From the NCBI RefSeq assembly GCF_009914755.1, contig NC_060939.1: a stretch of 64,000 bases of DNA. One strand, given 5' to 3'. Of this stretch, positions 1 to 12,710 are shown in pieces. Below the pieces are notes generated by a model. That model ran no database searches. It was given only the letters and a program-made list of their open reading frames with translations, and was not told the DNA's origin. The position numbers and the translations under genes are program-made. This DNA comes from the human T2T-CHM13v2.0 reference genome, Homo sapiens. How positions within the stretch are numbered: the first letter of the stretch is position 1; every line of letters starts with the position of its first letter.

Positions 1-3000
1 AAGAGGATATTTGGAGAGCTTAGAAGTCAATGGTTGAAATGGAAATAACTTCACATAATAACTACACAGAAGCATTCTGAGGAACTTGTTTGGGATTTGT
101 GCATTCATCTCACATAGTTGAACCTATCTTTTGATAGAGCAGTTTGGAAACTCTCTTTTTGTGGTATCTGCAACTGGATAATTTGAGCCCTTTGCAGCCA
201 ATGTTGGAAAAGGGAACATCCTCACATAAAAACTACACAGAAGTATTCTGAGAAACTTCTTTGTGATGTGTGCATTCATCTCACAGAGGTGAATATTTCA
301 TTTTATTGAGCAGTTTTCAAACAATTTTTGTAGAATCTGCAAGTGTATAATTGGAGCGCTTTGAGGCCTATTGTTGAAAAGGAAATATCTTCACATAAAA
401 AATACACAGAAGCATTCTCAGGAACTTCTTTTTGATGTGAGCATTCATCTCACAGTATTGAAACTTTCATTATATTGAGCAGTTTGGAAACACTCTTTTA
501 ATAGAATCTGCAAGTGGATATTTGGAGCCCTTGGAAGCCTATTGGGGAAAAGGAAATATCTTCTCATAAAAACTACACAGAAGCATTCTGAGAAACTGCT
601 TTTTGATGTGTGCATTCAAACCACATAGTTGAACTTATCTTTTGATAGAGCAGTTTTGAAACTCTCTTTTTGTAGAATCTGCAAGGGGATATTTGGAGTT
701 CTTTGTGGCCTATTGTGGAAAAGGAAATAACTTCACAGAAAAACTACACAGAAGCATTCTCAAAAACCTCTTTGTTTTGTGTGTATTCATCTCTCAGAGT
801 TGAACTTTTCTTTTGATAGAGCAGTTCTGAAAATCTTTTTGTAGGATCTGCAAGTGGATAATTGGAGAGCCTTGAGGCCTATGGTGGAAATTGAAATATC
901 TTCACATAAAAAATACACAGAAGCATTCTGAGAAATTTGTTTGGGATGTGTGCATTTATCTCACAGAGTTGAACCTATCTTTTGATAGAGCAGTTTTGAA
1001 ACTCTCTTTTTGTAGAATCTGCAAGGGGATATTTGGAGCCCTTTGAGGCCTATGGTGGAAAAGGAAATATCTTTATATAAAAACTACACAGAAGCATTCT
1101 GAGAAACTTCTTTGGGATGTGTGCATTCTTCTCACAGAGGTGAAACTTTCATTTGATTGAGCAGTTTTCAAACACTCTTTCTGTGGAATCTGCAAGGATA
1201 TAATTGGAGTGCTGTGAGGCCTATTGTGGAAAAGGAAACATCTTCACATAAAAACTACACAGAAGCATTATCAGAAACTTCTTTGAGATGTGTGCATTCA
1301 TCTCACAGTGTTGAAAATTTATTTTGATTGAGCAGTTTGGAAACAATCTTTTTGTAGAATCTGCAAGTGGATATTTGGAGCCCTTGGAGGCCTAATGTGG
1401 AAAAGGAAATATCTTCACATAAAAACTACATAGAAGCATTCTGAAAAACTTCTTTGTGATGTGTGCATTCGTCTCACAGAGTTGAAACTTTCTTTTGGTT
1501 GAGTAATTTTGAATCTCTCTTTTTGTAGAATCTGCAAGTGCATATTTAGAGGACTTGGAGGCATATGGGGGAAAAGGTAATATCTTCACAAAAAAATAAG
1601 CAGAAGCATTCTGAGAAACTTCTTTGTTATGTGTGTATTCATCTCACAGAGTTGAAACTATCTTTTGATAGGGCAGTTTTGAAACTCTCTTTTTGTAGAA
1701 TCTGCAAGGGGATATTTGGAGCCCTTGTGACCCATGGTGGAAAAAGAAATATTTTAACAAAAAAACTGCATGGAAGCATTCTGAGAAACTTCCTTGTGAT
1801 GTGTGTTTTCATCTCACAAAGTTGAACCTTTCTTTTGATTGAGCAGTTTGGAAACACTCTTTTCATAGAATCTGCACGTGGATATTTGGAGGGCATTTTG
1901 GCCAATGGTGGAAAAGGAAATATCTTCACATAAAAACTACACAGAATTACTCTGATAAACTGCTTTTGATGTGTGCATTCAATTCAGAGTTGAACCTATC
2001 TTTTGTTAGAGGAGTTTTGAAACTGTCTTTTTTTGGAGTCTTCATGTGGATATTTGGAGCCCTTTGAGGCCTATGGTGGAAAAGGAAATATCTTCTCATA
2101 AAAAGTACACAGAAGCATTCTGAGAAACTTCTTTGTCATGTGTGCATTTAGCTCACATATTTGAACCTTTCATTTGATTGAGGAGTTTTGAAACACTCTT
2201 TTTGTAGAATCTGCAAGTGGATATTTGCAGGGCTTTGGGGACTTTTGTAGAAAAGGAAATATATTTGCATAAAAATTAACAGAAGTGTTCTCAGAAACTT
2301 CTCTGTGATGTGTGCATTCATCTCACAGAGTTGAATCTTTCTTTTAATTGAGTAGTTTTGAAACACTCTTTTTGTAGCATCTGCAAGTGGATATTTGGTG
2401 CTCTTAGAGGCCTATGGTGGAAAAGGAAATAGCTTCACATAAAAACAACATGGAAACATTCTGAGAAACTTCGTTGTGATGTGTGTATTCATCTCACAGA
2501 GTGGAACCTTTCTTTTGATTGAGTAGTTTTGAAACTTTCTTTTTGTAAAATCTGCATGTGGTTGTTTGGAGCCCTTTGTGGCCAATGGACGAAAAGGAAA
2601 TATGTACCCCTAAAAACTACACAGAAGCATTCTGAGAAACTTCTTTGTAATGTATGCATTCATCTCATGGTGTTAAAGTTTCTATTGTTTGAGCAGTTTT
2701 GAGACACTCTTTTCGCAGAATCCGCAAGTGGATATATGGAGCGCTCTGAGGCCTATGGTGGAAAGGAATATACCTTCACATAAAAACTACACAGAAGGAT
2801 TCTGAGAAACTTCTTTGTGATGTGTGCATTCAACTTGCAAAGTTGAACTTATCTTTTGATATAGCAGTTTTGAAACAGTCTTTTTGTAGAATCTGTGTGT
2901 GATTATTTGCAACCCTTTGTGGCCAGTGGTGGAAAAGGAAATGTCTTTCTCTAAAAAGTACACAGAAACATTCTGAGAAACTTCTTTGTGATGTGTATAT

Positions 3001-6000
3001 TCAGCTCACAGAGTTGAACCTTTCATTTGATTGAGTAGTTTTGAAACACTCTTTTTGTAGAATCTGCAATTGGAAATTTGGAGCGCTTTGTTACCTAATG
3101 TGGAAAAGGTAATATCTTCACATACAAACTACACAGAAGACTCTGAGGCACTTCTTTGTTTTGTGTGCATTCATCTGAAAGAGTTGAACCTATCTTTTTT
3201 TTGAGCACTTTTGAAACTCTTTTTGTAGAATCTGCAAGTGGATATTTGGAGCCCTTTGTGGTCTATGGTGGAAAAGGATATATCTTCACACAAAAACTGC
3301 ACAGATCCATTTTGAGAAACTTTGTTGTGATTTGTGTATTCATCTCACAGAGTTGAAACTTTCTTCTGATTGAGCAGTTTGGAAACACTCTTTTCATGGA
3401 ATCTTCAAGTGGATATTTGAAGCACTTTGAAGTCTATTGTGGAAAATGAAATATCTTAACATAAAAACTACAGAGAAGCATTCTGAGAAACTTCTTTGTG
3501 ATGTGTGCATTCAAATCACAGAGTAATATGTCTTTTGATAGAGCAGTTTTGAAACTGTCTTTATGTAAAATGTGCAAGTGGATATTTGGAGCCCTTTTTG
3601 GCCAATGGTGGAAAAGGAAATATCTTTCCCTAAAACTACACAGAAGCATGCTTAGAAACTTCTTTGTGATGTGTGCACTCATCTCACACAGTTGAACCAT
3701 TCTTTTGATTGAACAGTTTGGAAAAATTCTTTCAGTAGAAATGCAAGTGAACATTTGGAGCCCTTGGAGCCGTATTGTATAAAAGTAAATACCTTCACTT
3801 AAAAACTACACAGAATCATTCTGAGAAACTTCTTTGTGATGTGTGCATTTCCTCACATAGTTGATACTTTCTTTTGATTGAGCAGTTTTAAAACACTCTT
3901 TTTGTAGAATCTGGAAGTGTATAGTTGGTGCACTTAGAGGCCTATGGTGGAAAAGGGAATATCTTCACATAAAAACAACACAGAAGCATTCTGAGAAACT
4001 TCGTTGTGATGTGTGTATTCATCTCACAGAGTTGAATCTTTCTTTTGATTGAGCAGTTTTGGAACTTTCTTTTTGTAAAATCTGCATGTGGTTGTTTGGA
4101 GCCCTTTGTGGCCAATGGAGGAAAAGGAAATATGTTCCCCTAAAAACTACACAGAAGTATTCTGGGAAAATTCTTTGTAATGTGTGCATTCATCTCACAG
4201 TGTTAAATTTTGTATTGTTTGAACAGATTTGAGACACTTTTTTCACAGAATCTGCAAGTGGATATATGGAGCGCTTTGAGGCCTATGGTGGAAAGGGATA
4301 TATCTTCACATAAAAACTACACAGAAGGATTCCGAGAAATTTCTTTGTGATGTGTGCATTCAACTCGCAGCATTGTCCCGATCTTTTGATATAGCAGTTT
4401 TGAAACAGTCTTTTTGTAGAATCTGTGTGTGATTATTTGGAGCCCATTGTGGCCAATGGTGGAAAAAGAAATATCTTCCTCTAAAAACTACAGAAACATT
4501 GTGAGAAACTTCCTTGTGATGTATACATTCAGCTCACAGAGTTGAACCTTTCATTTGATTGAGTAGTTTTGAAACACTCTTTTTGTAGAATCTGCAATTG
4601 GAAATTTGGAGTGTTTTGTCGCCTAATGTGGAAAAGGTAACATCTTCACATACAAACTACACAGAAGGATTCTGAGACACTTCTTTGTTTTGTGTGCATT
4701 TGTGTCACAGGGTTGATCCTTTCTTTAGACTGAGCAGTTTTGAAACACTCTTTTTGTAGAATCTGCAAGTGGTATTTGAGCACGTTGAGGCCTATGGTGG
4801 AAAAGGAGATATCTTCAAGTAAAAACTACAGAGAAGCATTCTGAGAAACTTGTTTCTGAGGTGTGCATTCATCTCACAGAGTTGAATATATATTTTGATA
4901 GAGCAGTTTTGAAACTCTCGTTTTGTAGAATCTGCAAGGGGATATTTAGAGACCTTTGCGGCCTATGTTGGGAAGGGAAATATCTTCACATAAGAACTGC
5001 ACAGAAGCATTGTGAGAAACTTCTTTGTGATGTGCTCATTCATCCCACAGAGTTGAAACTTTCTTTTGATTGAAGAGTTATGAAACACTCTTTATGAAGA
5101 ATCTGCAAGTGGAAATTTGGAGCGCATTGAGGCCTATGGTGGAAAATGAAACATCTTCACATAAAAACTACACAGAAGCATTCTGAGAAACTTCTTTGTG
5201 ATGTGTGCATTCATCTCACAGAGTTGAAACTTTCATTTCATAGAGCCGTTTTGAAACACTCTTTTTGTAGAATCTGCAAGTGGATATTTTGAGCGCTTTG
5301 AGGTCTATGGTGGAAAAGGAAATATCTTCATATAAACACTATGCAGAAACATTCTGAGAAACTTCTTTGTGATGTGTGCATTCATCTCATAGTGTTGAAC
5401 CTATCTTTTTATATAGCAGTTTTGAAACTCTTTTTGTAGAATCTGCAAGAGGATATTTGTAGCCCTTTGCTGCCTATTGTAGAAAAGGAAATATCTTCTC
5501 ATAAACATTACACAGAAGCATCCTGAGAAACTTCTGTCTGATGTGTGCATTCAGCTCACAGAGTTGAACCTATCTTTTCATAGAGCAGTTTTGAAACTCT
5601 CTTTTTGTAGAATCTGCAAGTGGATGTTTGGAGCCCTTTGTGGCCTATTGTAGGATAGGAAATATCTTCACATAAAAACTACACAGAAGCATTCTGAGAA
5701 ACTTCTTTGTGATTTGTGCATTCAACTCACAGAGTTGAATCTTTCAGTTGATTGAGCAGTTTTGAAACACTCTTTTTGTAGAATCTGCAATTGGATATTT
5801 GGAGTGCGTTGAGGCCTATTGTGGAAAAGGGAATACTTTCACATAAAAGCTACACAGAAGCTTTCTCAGAAAGTTCTTTGTTTTGAGTGCAGTCATCTCA
5901 CAGAGTTGAAATTTCTTTTCATTGAGCAGTTTTGAAACACTCTTTTTGTATAATCTGCACGTGGATATTTGGAGCACTTTGAGGCCTATGGTGGAAAAGG

Positions 6001-7138
6001 AAATATCTTCACATAAAAACTACACAGAAGCATTCTGAGAAAATACTTTGTGATGTGTGCATTCATATCACAGAGTTGAACCTGTCTTTTGATAGAGCAG
6101 TGTTGAAATTCTCTTTTTGTGCAATCTGCAAGTGGATATTTGGAGTCCTTTGTTGTCTGCTGTGGAAAAGGAAATACATTCTCTTAAAAGCTGCAGAGAA
6201 GCATTCCAGGAACCTTCTTTGTGATGTGTGCATTGAATTCACAGAGTTGAAGCTTTCTTTTGATTGAGTAGTTTTGAAACACTGTTTTCGTAGAATCTGC
6301 AAATGGATATTATAGAGCGTTTTGAGGCCTATGGAGGAAAAGGACATATCTTCACATAGAAACTACCCAGAAGCATTCTGTGAAACTTCTTTGTGATGTT
6401 TGCATTCAACTCGCAGAGTTGAACCTATCTTTTGACAGAGCAGTTTGGAAACTCTCTTTTTATAGAATCTGCATGTGGTTATTTTGAGACATTTGTGGCC
6501 GATGGTGGAAAAGGAAATATCTTTCCCTAAAAATTACAGAGAAGCATTCTGAGAAACTTCTTTGTTATGTGTGCATTCATCTCACAGAGCTGAACTTTTC
6601 ATTTGATTGAGCAGTTCTGAAACACTCTTTTTGTAAAATCTGCAATTGGATATTTGGAGCACTTTGAGACCTATTGTGGAAAAGGAAATATCTTCATATA
6701 AAAACTACATAGAAGCCTTCTCAGAAACGTCTTTGTGATGTGTGCATTCATCTCACAGTGTTGAACCTTTCTTTTGATTTAGCAGTTTGGAAACACTGTT
6801 TTAGTAGAATCTGCAGCTGGATATTTGGAGCCCTCAGAGCCATATTGTGGAAAAGGAAATATCTTCACATAACAACTACACAGAAGCATTCTGAGAAACT
6901 TCTTTTTGATGTGAACATTCATCTCACAGAGTTCAACCTTTCTTTTGATTGAGCATTTTGAAACTCTCTTTTTGTAGAATCTGCAAGTGGATAATTGGAG
7001 TGCTTTGAGGCCTATGATGGAAAAGTAAATATCTTCTCATAAAAACTACACAGAAGCATTATGAGAAACTTCTTCGTAATGTGTGCATTCATCTCACAGA
7101 GTTGAACCTATCTTGTGATAAGCAGTTTTGAAACTTTC
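1..7138 (+). repeat. Alpha satellite (ALR/Alpha), divergent monomeric, A-box type; domain 1 segment a
   Basis: Tandem ~171-bp units: cattctgagaaacttctttgtgatgtgtgcattc...gaatctgcaagtggatatttggagc...ctatggtggaaaaggaaatatcttcacataaaaactacacagaag. No CENP-B box seen. Confidence 0.98.
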
Positions 7139-7827
7139 TTTTTTTATTATACTTTAAGTTTTAGGGTACATGTGCTCATTGTTCAGGTTTGTCACATATG
7201 TATACATGTGCCATTCTGGTGCGCTGCACCTACTAACTCGTCATCTAGCATTAGGTATATCTCCCAATGCTATCCCTCACCCCTCCCCCCACCCCACAAC
7301 AGTCCCCAGAGTGTGATATTCCCCTTCCTGTGTTCATGTGATCTCACTGTTCAATTCCCACCTATGAGTGAGAATATGCGGTGTTTGGTTTTTTGTTCTT
7401 GCGATAGTTTACTGAGAATGATGATTTCCAATTTCATCCATGTCCCTACAAAGGACATGAACTCATTATTTTTTATGGCTGCATAGTATTCCATGGTGTA
7501 TATGTGCCACATTTTCTTAATCCAGTCTATCATTGTTGGACGTTTGGGTTGGCTCCAAGTCTTTGCTATTGTGAATAATGCCACAATAAACATACGTGTG
7601 CATGTGTCTTTATAGCAGCATGATTTATATTCCTTTGGGTATATACCCAGTAATGGGATGACTGGGTCAAATGGTATTTCTAGTTTTAGATCACTGAGGA
7701 ATCGCCACACTGACTTCCACAATGGTTGAACTAGTTTACAGTCCCACCAACAGTGTAAAAGTGTTCCTATTTCTCCACATCCTCTCCAGCACCTCTTGTT
7801 TCCTGACTTTTTAATGATTGCCATTCT
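7139..7827 (-). mobile_element. 5'-truncated L1 (L1PA2/PA3-like), ~0.69 kb
   Basis: Reverse-complement L1 3'UTR (ttattatactttaagttttagggtacatgtg) and ORF2 C-terminus. 3'UTR reads ctagatgacGAGttag with A at the later diagnostic site, so it is not L1HS. Candidate short TSD ttctttt at 7136-7142 and 7824-7830 is ambiguous. Confidence 0.95.
7351..7827 (-). pseudogene. L1 ORF2p C-terminal remnant (Cys-rich region)
   Basis: [38 protein letters not shown]...[10 protein letters not shown]. The N-terminal part of the 7351..7860 ORF is only alpha-satellite read-through. Confidence 0.9.
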
Positions 7828-10800
7828 TTTGTAGAATCTGCAAGTGGATAATTTGAACACTTTGAGGCCTATGATGGAAAAGGAAATATCTTCTCATAAA
7901 AACTACACAGAAGCATTCTGAGAAACTCCTTTGTGATGTGTGCATTCAACTGACAGACTTGAACCTATCTTCTGACAGAGCGGTTTTGAAACTCTCTTTT
8001 TGTAGAATCTGCAATTGGATATATGGAGCCCTTTGTGGCTTATGGTGGAAAAGGAAATATCTTCACATAAGAACTATACAAAAGCTTTCTGAGAAATTTC
8101 TTTTTGATGTGTGGATTCAGCTCACGAAGTTGAACCTCTCTTTTGATTGAGCAGTTTAGAAACACTCTTCTTAAAGTATCTGCAAGTGGATATATGAATG
8201 TTTTGAGGCCTATTGTTCAAAAGGAAATATCTTCACATAAAGCTACACAAAAGCATTCTGAGAAACTTCTTTGGGATGTGTGCATTCGTCTCACATATTT
8301 GAAACTTTCAATTGATTGAGCAGCGTTGAAACACTCTTTTTGTATAATCTGCAAGTGGATATTTGGAGCACTTTGAGTCCTATGTTGGAAAAGGAAATAT
8401 CTTCACATAAAAACTACACTGAAGCTTTCTGAGAAAATTTTTGTGAAGTATGCATTCAACTCACAGAGTTGAACATATCTTTTCATAGAGCAGTCTTGAA
8501 ACTCTCTTTACACATTATCTGCAAATGGATATTTGGAGCGCTTTCAGGCCCATAGCTGAAAAGGAAATATCTTCTCATAAAAACTACACATAAGCATTCT
8601 GAGAAACATTTTTGTGATGTGTACATTCATCTCACGGAGTTGAAACTTTCTTTTGATAGAGTAGTTTTGAAACACTCTTTTTGTAGAATCTGCAGGTGGA
8701 TATTTGCATCACATTGAGGCCTATCGTGGAAAAGGAAATATCTTCCCAAAAAACTACACAGAAGCATTCTCAGAAACTTCTTTGCAATGTGTGCCTTCAT
8801 CTCAAAGGGTTGAAACTTTCTTTTGATTGAGCAGTTTTGAAACACTCTTTTCATAGAATCTGCAAGTGGATACTTGGAGCATTTTGAGGTCTATGGTGGA
8901 AAAGGAAATATCTTCAATTAAAAACCACACAGAAGCATTCTGAGAAATCAATTTGTGATGTATGCATTCAACTCGCAGAGATGAACCTATCTTTTGATAG
9001 AGCAGTCTTGAAACTCTCTTTTTGGAGAATCTGCAAGTGGTTATTTTGAGCCTTTTTTGGCCAATGGTGTAAAAGGTAATATCTTCACATAACAACTACA
9101 CAGAAGCATTCTGAGAAACTACTTTGTGATGTGTGCATTCATCTCACAGAGTTGAACCTATCTTTTGATAGAGTAGTTTTGAAACACTCTTTTTGTAGAA
9201 TCTGCAAGTGGATATTTGGAGCCCTTTGTGGCCTATAGTGGAAAAGAATATATCTTAACATGAAAACTACAGAGAAGGATTCTGAGAAACTTCTTTGTGA
9301 TATGTGCATTCACCTCACAGAGATGAATCTTTCCTTTGATTGAGCATTTTTGAAACACTTTTTTTGTAGAATCTGCAAGTGGATATTTTGATTGCTTTGA
9401 GGCTTATTGTGGAAAAGGCTATGTCCTTAAGTAAAAACTACACAGAAGCATTCCCAGAAACTTCTTTGTTTTGTGTGCATTCATCTAACAAAGTTGAACC
9501 TTTCTTTTGATTGATCAGTTTTGAAACACTCTTTCTGTAGAATCTGCAAGTGGATATTTGGAGCACTTTGAGGACTATGGTGGAAAAGGTAATATCTACC
9601 CATAAAAAATACACAGAAGCATTATAAGAAAGTTCTTTATGATGTGTGCATTCAACATTCAGAAATGAACCTATCTTTTGATTGAGCAGTTTTGAAACTC
9701 TCTTTTTGTACAATTTGCAAGTGGATATTTGGATTCCTTTGTGGCCTATGGTGGAAAAGGAAATATCTTAACATAAAAACTAGACAGAAGCATTCGGAGA
9801 AACTTCTTTGTGATGTTTGCATTCAACTCACAGAGTTGAACCTGTCTTTTGATAGAGCAGTTTTGAAACTTTCTTTTTGTGGAAACTGCAAGTCGATATT
9901 TGGAGCACTTTGCAGCCTATTGTGGAAAAGGAAATGTCTTCACATAAAAACTACACAGAAGCATTCTGAGAAACTTCTTTGTGATGTGTGCATTCAACTC
10001 ACAGAGTTGAACATATCTTTTAATAGAGCAGTTTTGAAACTCTTTTTGTAGAATCTGCAAGTGGATATTTGGATTCCTTTGCAGCCTATGGCGGAAAAGG
10101 AAATATCTTAACATAAAAACTAGACAGAAGCATTCTGAGAAACTTCTTCTTGATGTTTGCATTCATCTCACAGAGTTGAACCTATCTTTTGATAGAGCAG
10201 TTTTGAAACTCTCTTTTTGTAGAATCTGCAAGTGGGTATTTGGAGCCCTTTGCAGCCTTTTGGGCAAAAGGAAATGTCTTCCAATTAAAACTACACAGAA
10301 GCATTCTGAGAAACTTCTTTGTCATGTGAACATTCAACTCAAAATGTTGAACCTATGTTTTGAGACAGCAGTTTTGAAACACTCTTTGTAAGGCATCTGC
10401 AAGTGGATATTTGAAGTGCTTTGAGGCCTATTGTGGAAAAGGAAATATTTTCACATAAAAACTATAGAGAAGAACTCTGAGAAACTTCTTTGTGATGTTT
10501 GCATTCATATCACATAGTTGAACCTCTCTTTTGATTGAGCAGTTTTGAAACAGTCTTTCTGTAGAACCTGCGGGTGGATATTTGGAGTGCTTTGAGGACT
10601 ATTATGGAAAAGGAATTATCTCCACAAAAAAATCACACAGAAACATTGTGAGAAATTTTTTGAGATGTGTGCATTCATCTCACAGATTTGAACATTTCTT
10701 TTGATTTAGCAGTTTTGAAACATTCTTTTTGTAATGTATGAAAATGGATATTTTGAATGCTTTTTGGCCTAAGGTAGAAAAGGAAATATCTTCACATAAA

Positions 10801-11327
10801 AACTACACAGAAGCATTCTGAGAAAGTACTTTGTGATGTGCGTATTCAACTCACAGAGGTGAACCTATCTTTTGATAGAGTAGTTTTGAAACTCTCTTTT
10901 TGTAGAATATGCAAGTGGATATTTTGGTCCCTTTGTGGCCTATCGTGGAAAGGAAATATCTTCACATAAAAACAACACAGAAGTATTCTGAGAAACGTCT
11001 TTGTGATGTGTGCATTCATCTCACAGAATTGAACCTTTCATTTGATTGCACAGTTTTGACACACTCTTTTTGTAGAAGCTGCAAGTGGATATTTGAAGCA
11101 CTTTGAGGCCTATGTTGGAAAATGAACTATCTTCACATAAAAATTTCACAGAAGAATTCTGAGAAACTTCTTTTTGATGTGTGCATTCAACTGTCAAATT
11201 GAACCTATCTTTTGATAGAGCAGTTTTGAAACTCTCTTTTTGTAGCATCTGCATGTGGATATTTGGAGCCATTTGCAGCCTAAGGTGGAAAAGGTAATAT
11301 CTTCACATAAAAACTACACAGAAGCAT
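7828..11327 (+). repeat. Alpha satellite monomeric, domain 1 segment b
   Basis: 171-bp periodicity resumes in register after the L1 (ttttgtagaatctgcaagtgg). Confidence 0.98.
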
Positions 11328-12710
11328 GGTACTGATACCAAAACAGAGGTATAGATCAATGGAACAGAATAGGGCCCTCAGAAATAATGCCACATATCTA
11401 TAACTATCTGCTCTTTGACAAACCTGAGAAAAACAAGAAATAGGGACAGGATTCCCTATTCAACTAATGGTGCTGGGAAAACTGGCTAGCCATATGTAGA
11501 AAGCTGAAACTGGACCTCTTCCTTACACCTTATACAAAAATAAATTCAAGATGGATTAAAGATTTAAACATTAGACATAAAACCATAAAAACCATAGAAG
11601 AAAACGTAGGCATTACCATTCTGGACATATGCATGGCCAAAGACTTCATGTCTAAAACATCAAAAGCAATGGCAACAAAAGCCAAAATTGACAAATGGGA
11701 TATAATTAAACTAAAGAGCTTCTGCACAGCAAAATAAACTACCAGCAGAGTGAACAGGCAACCTACACAATGGAGAAAATTTTGGCAACTTACTCATCTG
11801 ACAAAGGGATAATATCCAGAATCTACAATGAACTCAAACAAATTTAGAAGAAAAAATAAACAACCCTATCAAAAAGTGGGCAAAGGACATGAACAGACAC
11901 TTCTCAAAAGAAGACATTCATGCAGTCAAAAAACACATGAAAAAAATGCTCACCATCACTGGCTATCAGAGAAATGCAAATCAAAACCATAATGAGATAC
12001 CATCTCACACCAGTTAGAATGGCAATCATTAAAATGTCAGGAAACAACAGGTGCTGGAGAGGATGTGGAGAAATAGGAACACTTTTATACTGTTGGTGGG
12101 AATGTAAACTAGTTCAACCATTGTGGAAGTCAGTGTGGCGATTCCTCAGGGATCTAGAACAAGAAATACCTTTTGACCCAGCCATCCCATTACTGGACAT
12201 ATACCCAAAAGACTATAAATCATCCTGCTATAAAGACACATGCACACGCATGTTTATTGTGGCACTATTCACAATAGGAAAGACTTGGAACCAACCCAAA
12301 TGTCCAACAATGATAGACTGGATTAAGAAAATGTGGCACATATACACCATGGAATACTATGCGGCCATAAAAAATGATGAGTTCATGTCCTTTGTAGGAA
12401 CATGGATGAAATTAGAAATCATCATCCTCAGTAAACTATCGCAAGAATAAAAAACCAAACACCGCATATTCTCACTTATAGGAGGGAATTGAACAATGAG
12501 AACACATGGACACGGGAAGAGGAACATCACACTCTGGGGACTGTTGTGGGGTGGGGGGAGAGGTGAGCGATAGCTTCAGGAGATAAACCTAATGCTAAGT
12601 GACGAGTTAATGGATGCAGCACACCAATATGGCACATGTATACATATGTAACTAACCTGCAATTTGGGGAAATGTACCCTAAAATTTAAAGTGTAATAAT
12701 AATAAAATAA
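11328..12710 (+). mobile_element. 5'-truncated L1 (L1PA3/PA4-like), ~1.38 kb, with 19-bp TSD
   Basis: ORF2 3' part, 3'UTR and A-rich tail. TSD aaaaactacacagaagcat at 11309-11327 and 12711-12729. 3'UTR has older states (aatgagaacac, gaacatcac, gacgagttaatgg). Confidence 0.96.
11974..12450 (+). pseudogene. L1 ORF2p C-terminal remnant, disrupted
   Basis: [20 protein letters not shown]...[13 protein letters not shown]...LSKLSQE*. Premature stop here, and upstream stops or frameshifts. Confidence 0.9.

Noticed and set aside
7115-7486. Antisense L1 3'UTR ORFs (also 23302..23589 and 24428..24706)
   Set aside because: These are common spurious frames on the opposite strand of L1 3' ends.
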